A program made the position numbers and the translations under genes. The notes under the pieces are model-generated. The model made no database searches. It was not told the origin of the DNA and saw nothing but the letters and a program-made list of their open reading frames with translations. Below are positions 47,298 through 55,243 of a DNA stretch of 64,000 nt, one piece after another. This DNA is from Desulfobacteraceae bacterium (GTDB lineage: Bacteria; Desulfobacterota; Desulfobacteria; Desulfobacterales; UBA5852), in assembly GCA_014237395.1 (NCBI GenBank), contig JABZFP010000019.1:64756-128755 (forward strand), in the 5' to 3' direction. The first letter of the stretch is position 1. Every line of letters begins with the position of its first letter.

Positions 47298-48317
47298 TCA
47301 ACCGCCAGTGGGTCGCAAAATGTCCCGGTCAATGGATCCGATATCGCGGCAACCGGTAAGGACCATGGCCGATACGAATTCGGTTTTAATCTGATCGATA
47401 TAGGCCGTGACGCCGTCCAGGCCGCCGCCGACGGTGGCCACCGAAAACGGCCGTCCGATCAGGACGGCATCCGCCCCCAGCGCGATCATTTTGAGAACAT
47501 CGACACCGGACCGGATGCCGCCGTCGGCCAGGATGCCGATCTGCCCATTGACGGCCGCCGCGATTTCCGGCAGCACTTCGGCCGCGCCCGGGGCGTGATC
47601 CAGAACCCGCCCGCCATGATTGGAGACCACGATGGCGGCCGCACCGACATCCACCGCCAACCGGGCCTGATCCGCCGTCATGATCCCTTTGAGAATAAAG
47701 GGAACCGGCACGCTTTCGATGATCGCCTTCATTTTGGCTGGGGACTTCGGGCCGACGGGGTGCCCCATCTGGCGGAGGGTGACCAGTCCGGCGGCATCGA
47801 TGTCCATGCCCACGAGGGGCGCGCCGGTGTCAACAGCCTGCTCCAGTTTGCGGAAGAGCGCTTCGTCTTCCCATGGTTTGATAAAGGGAATGCCCTTGCC
47901 CGCCACGGCCCGGATGGCCGCAAAGGCCGCCTCATGAATGACGGGCGGGACACCGTCCCCGGTGCAGCCCATGATACCCCGTTCCCGGCAGCCTTTGAGT
48001 TTGGCCAGAATGTAGTCGTCTTCCGATAGGGCCCCGCCCATGTTGAAGGAAACGCCCCCGATGGGGGCGGCCATGACCGGAAGATCCAGGGCTTGCCCGA
48101 GGAAGGTGGTTGCCGGATCCGGGGAATCCGCATCATGAATCAGGCGCATGTTGAGGCGCCAGGCGGCCAGTGACGCCAGGTTGGCACGGAAGGCGGCGCC
48201 GGTCCCGAGGCCTCCCATGCCGGGCACTTCGCCGGCACAGGCCACACCGTCGCAGACCGGACAGACCCGGCAGTAGCCCTTCATGTGCTTTCTCGCTGTG
48301 GCGCGAATCGTTTTCAC
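47298..48317 (-). CDS. FMN-dependent alpha-hydroxy-acid dehydrogenase/oxidase family protein with N-terminal Cys cluster
   Basis: FMN_dh-type TIM barrel motifs (ILKGIMTADQARLAVDVGAAAIVVSNHGGRVLD, GGIRSGVDVLKMIALGADAVLIGRP). N-terminal CRVCPVCDGVAC. Start set at GTG 48317 (VKTIRATARKHMKGYC), which has a GGAGAG RBS. Confidence 0.8.
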   Translation of the reverse strand: MKTIRATARKHMKGYCRVCPVCDGVACAGEVPGMGGLGTGAAFRANLASLAAWRLNMRLIHDADSPDPATTFLGQALDLPVMAAPIGGVSFNMGGALSEDDYILAKLKGCRERGIMGCTGDGVPPVIHEAAFAAIRAVAGKGIPFIKPWEDEALFRKLEQAVDTGAPLVGMDIDAAGLVTLRQMGHPVGPKSPAKMKAIIESVPVPFILKGIMTADQARLAVDVGAAAIVVSNHGGRVLDHAPGAAEVLPEIAAAVNGQIGILADGGIRSGVDVLKMIALGADAVLIGRPFSVATVGGGLDGVTAYIDQIKTEFVSAMVLTGCRDIGSIDRDILRPTGG

Positions 48318-48445
48318 GGGTCTTCTCTCCCGGGCGGCTATCCGGTTGTACTGAACAGCAGCCTTATGGTATTGAATCCGATCGGGGCCAATGGCCCACG
48401 GGTGGATCGAAAATGAGCGCTCCATACAACCAGAAGGACACCCAA

Positions 48446-49288
48446 ATGTCAAAAAAAAACCTCATGGGCATCATCAGGGAAAACCGCACCCTGTTTATCG
48501 TGATTGCCGTGGGGCTGCTGCTGATTGAGCTTGAGATTTTCATCCTGGCCGCGATGAAATCCGGCAACAAATCCGTTATTCAGGTGAAAAACGTGGCCGG
48601 CGACGTCATCTACGAATCCGACGGAAACAACCTCAGTCAATTCGACAAATACTATTTCGAACAGAATTTCGGATCGTTGGACCAATACCGGCTCAACCTG
48701 GTGTCGCGTGAGGTGCCGTTTCCGTTTCGGGCCTGGTTTGTCGCCGCTTTCGGGCTGCCGGTGGGCGGTATTCTGCTATTCGCGTTTGTGGTCCGGGTCT
48801 ATCTGGCGGTTTTCTATCCCGAGCAACTGGCCGCCGCCGGCACGGCCGGCGATCCGGAAGGGGGCAGCCGGCTCGAGCGGTTCTTGCTGCGGGTCAGCCG
48901 CTACAACATTTTTATCATCGGCTTTTTACTGCTGATGGGGATTTTGGCCTACTGGGTCGTACCCAACGTGATCGTGTATGTCGGGCGCCTGAGTATCGAC
49001 ACCCTCATCCGCTATAAATGGTTTTTTCTGGCCGCCGTGGCCATATCTTTAGGGCTGCTGATCTGGGTCATTTACCTGCGCTACCTTCTGGCCCGCAAGC
49101 ATATCGAGAGCCAGACGGAAGTCGAGAAACACCGCCTGGAGCTCGAATTCAAGCATGGCGCGATCCTGCCCAAAAAACTCGCCCAGGGTGAGAATGGCGG
49201 GTTGGTGACCTGGGAAGGCGACATCATTCCGGAAGCATCACCGCCATCCGACCGGGAGCGATCGACGGATTCCTCTTTGAATTCATAA
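48446..49288 (+). CDS. Hypothetical membrane protein
   Basis: ORF trimmed to ATG 48446 (GAAGGA RBS) because the upstream part overlaps the divergent FMN-dehydrogenase gene. Four or five predicted TM helices. No family recognised. Confidence 0.6.
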   Translation: MSKKNLMGIIRENRTLFIVIAVGLLLIELEIFILAAMKSGNKSVIQVKNVAGDVIYESDGNNLSQFDKYYFEQNFGSLDQYRLNLVSREVPFPFRAWFVAAFGLPVGGILLFAFVVRVYLAVFYPEQLAAAGTAGDPEGGSRLERFLLRVSRYNIFIIGFLLLMGILAYWVVPNVIVYVGRLSIDTLIRYKWFFLAAVAISLGLLIWVIYLRYLLARKHIESQTEVEKHRLELEFKHGAILPKKLAQGENGGLVTWEGDIIPEASPPSDRERSTDSSLNS

Positions 49289-49308
49289 CCCTCTGGAAAT
49301 CGTTCAGG

Positions 49309-50607
49309 GTGCAAATTGTAACGACCCATAAAAATAGTGATTTCGACGGTCTGGCGTCGGTTGTGGCGGTAACGCTCCTGCATCCCGGCACCCTTGCGGT
49401 GCTGCCCAAGGCGCTCAATCCCAATGTGAAAGCCTTCCTGTCGGTGCACAAGGATGTTTTCGATACGCACATCGCGGCGGACATCGACCTGGACGCGGTC
49501 CGCCGGCTGTTCGTGGTCGATGTGGCCCAATGGAAGCGCTTGGAGGGCCTTGCCGCCTTAGAGGAACGCGAAGATCTCGCGATCCGCATCTGGGATCATC
49601 ATCCGGGGCAGGGCGATATCGAAACGCCGGAAATCTGCCAGGAAACCATCGGCGCCTGCATCACGCTGCTGGTGCGGGAGCTGCAGGCCAACGGTGTCGC
49701 CCTGACGCCGATCCAGGCGACCTTGTTTCTTACGGGGCTATACGAAGACACCGGCCGGTTGACCTTTCCCTCCACCACGGCCGAAGATGCCCGGGCGGCC
49801 GCCTATCTGCTGGAAAACGCCGCTGATTTGACGATCGTCGGACGGGTTCTGCGACCGGCCTACCGGGAAAAGCAGAAAAAGATACTTCACGCCATGCTGG
49901 AGAGCGCGCAGCGTGTGAAGGTCAGCGGCTATTCCATCGGTATCGCGCATATCGAAATCCGCGGACACGTGGACAGCCTGGCGCTCGTGGTGCGGTTGAT
50001 CCGGGAAGTATTGAACGTGGATGCCGCGGTGGGTTTTTTTTACAATCCGGAGCGGGATCAATGCATGGTGATCGGGCGCAGCGGGCTGGAGGAACTGAAC
50101 ATCGGTTCCGTCATGCGCCATCTCGGCGGCGGCGGTCATCCGGGGGCCGGATCGGCCCTGATGAAAGGGGTCAAGCCCGCCGCCATCGAGGAAATGGTGC
50201 TGGGTCTGATCGAAGGCAATCAGCAGGCCTCGGTCCGGGTAAGCGACCTGATGTCTTTTCCGGTGGTGAGCGTCACATCGCAAACCCCAATGGAGGATGT
50301 TGCCCAACTGCTTCGCAAGAAAGGCTGCACCGGCCTGCCGGTGATCGATGACGGCGAGTTGAAGGGCGTGATTTCCCGGCGGGATTTCAAGCGCGTCCGC
50401 AAAAAAAAGCAGCTCGAGGCACCCGTCAAAGCATTTATGACCACGACGGTACTGACCATTACGCCGGACAAGAGTCCGGCCCAGGCGGTCGGCCTGATGG
50501 TCAAACACGATGTCGGGCGGCTGCCGGTGGTGGCAGAGGGCAAGGTGATCGGCATCGTGACCCGCTCGGACGCCATGCTGTATTTCTACGACCTGCTCCC
50601 CGAGTAA
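49309..50607 (+). CDS. DHH/DHHA1 phosphoesterase-like protein with C-terminal CBS pair
   Basis: VTTHKNSDFDGLAS (DHH motif I region), GGGGHPGAGSA (DHHA1 GGGH), then two CBS repeats (VSDLMSFPVVSV..., VKAFMTTTVLTI...). GTG start. Confidence 0.8.
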   Translation: MQIVTTHKNSDFDGLASVVAVTLLHPGTLAVLPKALNPNVKAFLSVHKDVFDTHIAADIDLDAVRRLFVVDVAQWKRLEGLAALEEREDLAIRIWDHHPGQGDIETPEICQETIGACITLLVRELQANGVALTPIQATLFLTGLYEDTGRLTFPSTTAEDARAAAYLLENAADLTIVGRVLRPAYREKQKKILHAMLESAQRVKVSGYSIGIAHIEIRGHVDSLALVVRLIREVLNVDAAVGFFYNPERDQCMVIGRSGLEELNIGSVMRHLGGGGHPGAGSALMKGVKPAAIEEMVLGLIEGNQQASVRVSDLMSFPVVSVTSQTPMEDVAQLLRKKGCTGLPVIDDGELKGVISRRDFKRVRKKKQLEAPVKAFMTTTVLTITPDKSPAQAVGLMVKHDVGRLPVVAEGKVIGIVTRSDAMLYFYDLLPE

Positions 50608-50625
50608 CAGACGAAAGGGGATCCC

Positions 50626-50994
50626 ATGCGTTATCTGATTTTCGCTTGCCTGCTTGGCCTGTTGCTTGTCACCCCGGCGGCGGCCGGCCCGGCGGATGTG
50701 GTATCCGTATCCGTTGCCGTGAGCGGGCCCGGGCAGTATCGTTTCAGCGTCACGGTCCGCCATGCCGACGAGGGCTGGGACCACTACGCGGACCGGTGGG
50801 AGGTGCTGCATCCCGACGGAACCCTGCTGGGGACGCGCACCCTTTACCACCCCCATGTCGATGAACAACCGTTCACGCGCGACCTTTCCGGCGTTTCGAT
50901 CCCGGACGATATCACCACCGTCGTGGTCCGCGCCCATGATGCCGTGCACGGCTTTTCCGGTGTCACGCAAACCGTAACGCTGCCCGGTCGATAG
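50626..50994 (+). CDS. Small exported hypothetical protein
   Basis: Signal peptide MRYLIFACLLGLLLVTPAAAG. Mature part is His/Asp-rich (VRHADEGWDHYADRWEVLHPDG...YHPHVDEQPF). No family recognised. Confidence 0.6.
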   Translation: MRYLIFACLLGLLLVTPAAAGPADVVSVSVAVSGPGQYRFSVTVRHADEGWDHYADRWEVLHPDGTLLGTRTLYHPHVDEQPFTRDLSGVSIPDDITTVVVRAHDAVHGFSGVTQTVTLPGR

Positions 50995-51041
50995 ATACCT
51001 TTCAGGCATACAACCAACACAGAGATTGGTGAGGAGTTTCC

Positions 51042-51650
51042 ATGGAAAAAGAAATGTACCCCCTCTATGAAATCGTTGAATTTCCGACCATCCTGCTGGA
51101 GACCCCCGGCTTCCAGGAAACACTGGACCGTTTGATCGAGTTCTGCCAACTGCCGCGCTTTCTGGCCGGCAGCGGGCTGACCCTCGAACCGGCAGCGGAA
51201 AAGCGGTTGAGCTTGAAACTGGTGGCCCATCTCCTCGACCAGATGACCACCGACCGGGTGGATGCGCCCTATATTTCCATCTGGGAGCGCGGCTGCCACC
51301 AGGAAGTCAAAATGGTGTATGTAAATCCAGCCATCGAGAAAATCACCGGTTTTTCGGCCCAGCAGGTGCTCAAGGTGGGGTTCAGCATCTTTGTCCCGGA
51401 CGACATGATCACCAGGATCGACCAGAAAGACGGCGCCATGGAGAAGGTGGGGGTGCCCATCGAACGCGCCCGGCAGGAGCGGCAGCGGGAGCAGATCGAG
51501 GGCCGCTGGGAGCGCGTTTACGAAATCCTTAAAAAGGATGGGACCGCATTTGTCCGGGATGTGGCCGTGATCGAAGAAATCGGCAACCTGTGCATTTCCA
51601 CCGGCACCTTGACGGACGCCACGCTGGAGTTCAAGCCCGATGGGCTATAA
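51042..51650 (+). CDS. Hypothetical protein with PAS-like segment
   Basis: 202-aa ORF. MVYVNPAIEKITGFSAQQVL...KKDGTAFVRDVAVIEE is PAS-like. Otherwise unassigned. Confidence 0.55.
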   Translation: MEKEMYPLYEIVEFPTILLETPGFQETLDRLIEFCQLPRFLAGSGLTLEPAAEKRLSLKLVAHLLDQMTTDRVDAPYISIWERGCHQEVKMVYVNPAIEKITGFSAQQVLKVGFSIFVPDDMITRIDQKDGAMEKVGVPIERARQERQREQIEGRWERVYEILKKDGTAFVRDVAVIEEIGNLCISTGTLTDATLEFKPDGL

Positions 51651-51667
51651 TCCGGCAGCGCCGTATT

Positions 51668-51898
51668 CTACGCGGCTGTGGATTTTTGTAATCGCTCCGC
51701 AAGCCAAATCTTAATGATCGATTGCCGGGGAACACCCAGACGTTTGGCCTCTTTGTCCAACGACTGAATCATCCAGATCGGAAAATCGACATTGACCCTT
51801 TTTTGCTCCTGATTCGGCCGTTTCGCCTTTGAAAGGTCCAGATGCTCCAAAATGCTTTGGCCTTCGTCAAACTTTTTGTCTAATGCTTTAGCTTTCAT
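51668..51898 (-). CDS. brnA: BrnA-type antitoxin (RHH/CopG-like)
   Basis: KRVNVDFPIWMIQSLDKEAKRLGVPRQSIIKIWLAERL is the BrnA signature. The start ATG 51898 overlaps the brnT end by 11 nt. Confidence 0.8.
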   Translation of the reverse strand: MKAKALDKKFDEGQSILEHLDLSKAKRPNQEQKRVNVDFPIWMIQSLDKEAKRLGVPRQSIIKIWLAERLQKSTAA

Positions 51899-52148
51899 AA
51901 AGCTCAATTTCCTCATTTCTGGCACGCCGTACAGAGATAATTCGGATATTATCACTGCGATAGGTGATAATGCCCGTCCAGTGTTTTTCACCTATCTTGC
52001 CAATCACCAGAAATCTCGGCTCATCGGTTGTTTTCGCCGGGATCTCCAATAAATCGGCATCATTCCAAAGCCCTTGGGCCTCAACAAAATCAATCCCATG
52101 CTTAATGCTATTGGTGTCCGACTTTTCCGGGTCAAATTCAAAATCCAT
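51888..52148 (-). CDS. brnT: BrnT-type toxin (DUF497 ribonuclease)
   Basis: MDFEFDPEKSDTNSIKHGIDFVEAQGLWND...RIISVRRARNEE matches the BrnT/DUF497 pattern. 86 aa. Confidence 0.85.
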   Translation of the reverse strand: MDFEFDPEKSDTNSIKHGIDFVEAQGLWNDADLLEIPAKTTDEPRFLVIGKIGEKHWTGIITYRSDNIRIISVRRARNEEIELYES

Positions 52149-52175
52149 GGTATCTTCAATATACCTATTAGGTAT
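52149..52175. promoter_or_regulatory. Inverted-repeat operator candidate upstream of brnTA
   Basis: GGTAT(52149-52153)-N7-ATACCTA-T-TAGGTAT(52161-52175). This gives three GGTAT/ATACC half-sites including a perfect 7+7 palindrome. It overlaps TATATT/TATAAT-like hexamers directly upstream of the brnT ATG. Confidence 0.5.
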
Positions 52176-52576
52176 AATATGTCAATATTTTGGAATTGTT
52201 TCGCTGGAATTTGCATTTATCAGTTATCGCGATGGATATTTTGTCTCACAAGCGTCAAGAGCGACACCCTTCAAAAATTGCTTTTTCGGTCAGGCATTAT
52301 AGAACAAACTGGATAAACGGCCGCCACCTTCATTGCCGCCGCAAATGTTATGGCCGGCTTGACAACGCAAACCGCGGCGCCATCTTGACCCATTAAGGCT
52401 GTGCCGTCGAGGTGGGCCGTCCATCCGTGCGTCCCTCCGTTTCGGTACCTGCTGCCGACTTCCTTTGGTTTGCTGCCCGTCCTCTGATTTCCTATCGGCA
52501 CGGCCGACCCGCCCGACATCAGGTAACACCGGTTTACATGACGGCCTATTGCCGTAAGAAAAAGGGAGTGACAGCC

Positions 52577-54226
52577 ATGGGTACCCCAGCTCTCGATATA
52601 AAACGCATCCATGACGAGAACATTGTTCTGCGCAACATTCTGGAAGGCACGGCAACGGCCACGGGCGAGCATTTCTTCAGAGCCCTGGTGGAAAACCTGG
52701 CCAAGACGATTCAAACCCACAGTGCCTGGGTTACCGAATACGTTCCCGCAAAGCGTCAACTGCATGCTCTTGCGTTCTGGTCCGACGGCCAGGTTTACGA
52801 AAACTTCTTCATCGACGTGGACGGCACCCCCTGCCAGAAAGTGATCGAAAGCACCGACATCATCCACTACCCCGACAATGTCCTGCGGCTCTATCCCCAG
52901 AATGCGACGTTTAAAGAGTTTCGCGCCAGAAGCTACCTGGGGATCCCCCTCCTGGACAATGCCGGCCGCGTTCTCGGGAATCTGGCGGTGTTCGACACCC
53001 GCCCCATGCCCCGGGAACCGCAATTGCTGGTGGTCTTCAGAATCTTTGCGGCCCGGGCTTCCGCCGAGCTGCAGCGGCTGCATGCCGAGGACAAGTTGCG
53101 CAAGAGCGAGGAAACCTTCCGGCGCATCATCGAGACCACGGGTGAAGGGTTCGTCCTGATGGACGAGGATATGACCATTTCCCGCGCCAACGAGGCCTTC
53201 TGCCGGATGATCGGCTATGGCCTGTCCGACATCGTGGGCCGTTCGCCCATGGATTTCGCAACCCAGGATTTCCGTCAATTTTTAACCGTCAACCGGGAGA
53301 ACCTGTTCGCCGAGCAGCACAAGGAGTTCGAGGGCCGCCTTCTGTCGAAAGCCGGCCGCGAAATACCGGTTCGCATCTATGGCGATATCCTCAAGGACGA
53401 TCTCGGCAAAACCATCGGCTACATGAACTTTGTCAGCGACCTGACCCTGCAGAAACGCTCGCTGGTGCTGGCCGGCGAGGTCCAGCGCAGCCTCATGCCC
53501 CAAAGCAGCCCCAAGCTGAAAGGCTACGACATTGCCGGCAAGACCCTGAGCTGCGACGAAATCGGGGGGGACTATTTCGACTATTGGGTGGCCCCGAACA
53601 AGTCCCGGGACGCGATCACCATCGTGGTGGGCGACGTTACCGGCCACGGGGCCGAGGCGGCCCTGTTGATGACCACCGCGCGGGCCATATTCCGGATGAA
53701 GGCCCTGCAGATGGACGACATGGCCGAAATAATAAACGCCATGAATCGCCAACTGGTCCTCGATGTGCACGATACCGGACGCTTTATGACGCTTTTCTGC
53801 CTGCGTTTGGAGACCTGGGACAAGGGGGCCCAGTGGATCCGGGCCGGTCACACCCCGGCCTTGCTCTATCAACCCGACCAGGACCGATTTGCGGAACTCA
53901 AGGGAGAGGGCCTGGCCCTGGGCGTGGATGCCGACTATCGCTACCAGGTGCAGCGGTCCCGCGAGATTGCGGCGGGCCACATCATCGCCCTTGGAACCGA
54001 CGGCATCTGGGAAACTTTCGACCGCAACGGCCGGCCCTACGGCATGCGCCGCTTTCGCAATGTTATCCGCCGCAATGCTCACAAAGGCGCAACGGCCATC
54101 CTGGAAGCCGTCTACGCCGACGTGCAGCGCTTTGCCTACGGCACCAAGCAGGAAGACGACATCAGCCTTGTGATCGTCAAGGCCGTGCCGGACCAAGCGC
54201 CGCCCCCGCTGGACTGGAGCATATGA
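52577..54226 (+). CDS. GAF-PAS-PP2C (SpoIIE-type) protein phosphatase
   Basis: AGGGAG RBS with ATG 52577. N-terminal GAF-like module, then PAS (GEGFVLMDEDMTISRANEAFCRMIGY), then PP2C motifs GGDYFDYW and VGDVTGHGAEAALLM...DDISLVIVK. Confidence 0.88.
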   Translation: MGTPALDIKRIHDENIVLRNILEGTATATGEHFFRALVENLAKTIQTHSAWVTEYVPAKRQLHALAFWSDGQVYENFFIDVDGTPCQKVIESTDIIHYPDNVLRLYPQNATFKEFRARSYLGIPLLDNAGRVLGNLAVFDTRPMPREPQLLVVFRIFAARASAELQRLHAEDKLRKSEETFRRIIETTGEGFVLMDEDMTISRANEAFCRMIGYGLSDIVGRSPMDFATQDFRQFLTVNRENLFAEQHKEFEGRLLSKAGREIPVRIYGDILKDDLGKTIGYMNFVSDLTLQKRSLVLAGEVQRSLMPQSSPKLKGYDIAGKTLSCDEIGGDYFDYWVAPNKSRDAITIVVGDVTGHGAEAALLMTTARAIFRMKALQMDDMAEIINAMNRQLVLDVHDTGRFMTLFCLRLETWDKGAQWIRAGHTPALLYQPDQDRFAELKGEGLALGVDADYRYQVQRSREIAAGHIIALGTDGIWETFDRNGRPYGMRRFRNVIRRNAHKGATAILEAVYADVQRFAYGTKQEDDISLVIVKAVPDQAPPPLDWSI

Positions 54227-54297
54227 GGGGCGCCTTCCCGTCTGGCAGACCCTCTTTTGAGGACAACGTCCATCCTAAAGAAGAAAAGAGCGGTGCA

Positions 54298-55167
54298 ATG
54301 AAAATCGACGTGCAAGTGGTCAATGCGTTCATCGAAGGCGGCCAGGGCGGCAATCCCGCCGGGATCGTGCTGGACGCCGATCATCTGACCGCGTCCCAGA
54401 AACAACGGATCGCCGCCGGCGTGGGGTTGTCCGAAACGGCTTTTGTTTCATCTTCGACCGCGGCGGACTTCAAGCTCGAGTTTTACACGCCGACGCGCCA
54501 GATTGCCCATTGCGGCCATGCCACGATTGCGGCTTTCAGCTATTTGCATCAGCTGAAGCGTATCCCGTCGGCCGCCACCTCCAAGGAAACCATCGACGGC
54601 AACCGCAATATTTTCATGGACGGCGACATGGCGTTCATGGAGCAGTTGGCCCCCCGTTACCGCCCGATCGAGGAAGCCGTGCCCCGAATCAGGGCCTCCC
54701 TCGGGCTATCCGCGGAGGCGTTTCCGCCCGACACCAGGCCGCTGATCGTCGATACCGGAAATGCCTTCCTGATGGTTCCGCTGGCAAGCATCCCAACCGT
54801 AGCGGGTGCCAAACCGGATTTCGAAGCGATCGAGGCGATCAGCGAGGCTTGGGATTTGATCGGCTATTACATTTTCTCCGGTACGCCGCTAACGCCGGGC
54901 CGGGATGCGGGCGCGCGCATGTTCGCGCCGCGCTTCGGCATCGCTGAAGAGGCCGCCACCGGAATGGCCGCCGGCCCCCTGGGGTGTTATCTCTACGACA
55001 AGATGGGGGTTCACAAGGAGGTTTTCCACATCGGCCAGGGCCACCTCATGCAGCCGCCGTCGCCCAGCGTGATCGAGGTGCGTCTAACGGTTGCCGACGG
55101 CCGCATCTCGGGCCTGCTGGCCGGCGGGAAGGCGAAACACATGTCGACGATTACCATAACCCTTTGA
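54298..55167 (+). CDS. PhzF family isomerase-like protein
   Basis: MKIDVQVVNAFIEGGQGGNPAGIVLDAD...GLSETAFV...FYTPTRQIAHCGHATIA is the typical PhzF N-domain. The ORF-track upstream extension (53584-) overlaps the phosphatase gene and was rejected. Confidence 0.85.
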   Translation: MKIDVQVVNAFIEGGQGGNPAGIVLDADHLTASQKQRIAAGVGLSETAFVSSSTAADFKLEFYTPTRQIAHCGHATIAAFSYLHQLKRIPSAATSKETIDGNRNIFMDGDMAFMEQLAPRYRPIEEAVPRIRASLGLSAEAFPPDTRPLIVDTGNAFLMVPLASIPTVAGAKPDFEAIEAISEAWDLIGYYIFSGTPLTPGRDAGARMFAPRFGIAEEAATGMAAGPLGCYLYDKMGVHKEVFHIGQGHLMQPPSPSVIEVRLTVADGRISGLLAGGKAKHMSTITITL

Positions 55168-55243
55168 CGCATAGCCGCATGATGACGAACAGGATAGCAT
55201 GCGGGGGTGTTGCGACATATCCTCGCATAAAGGGAAGCGCCCT

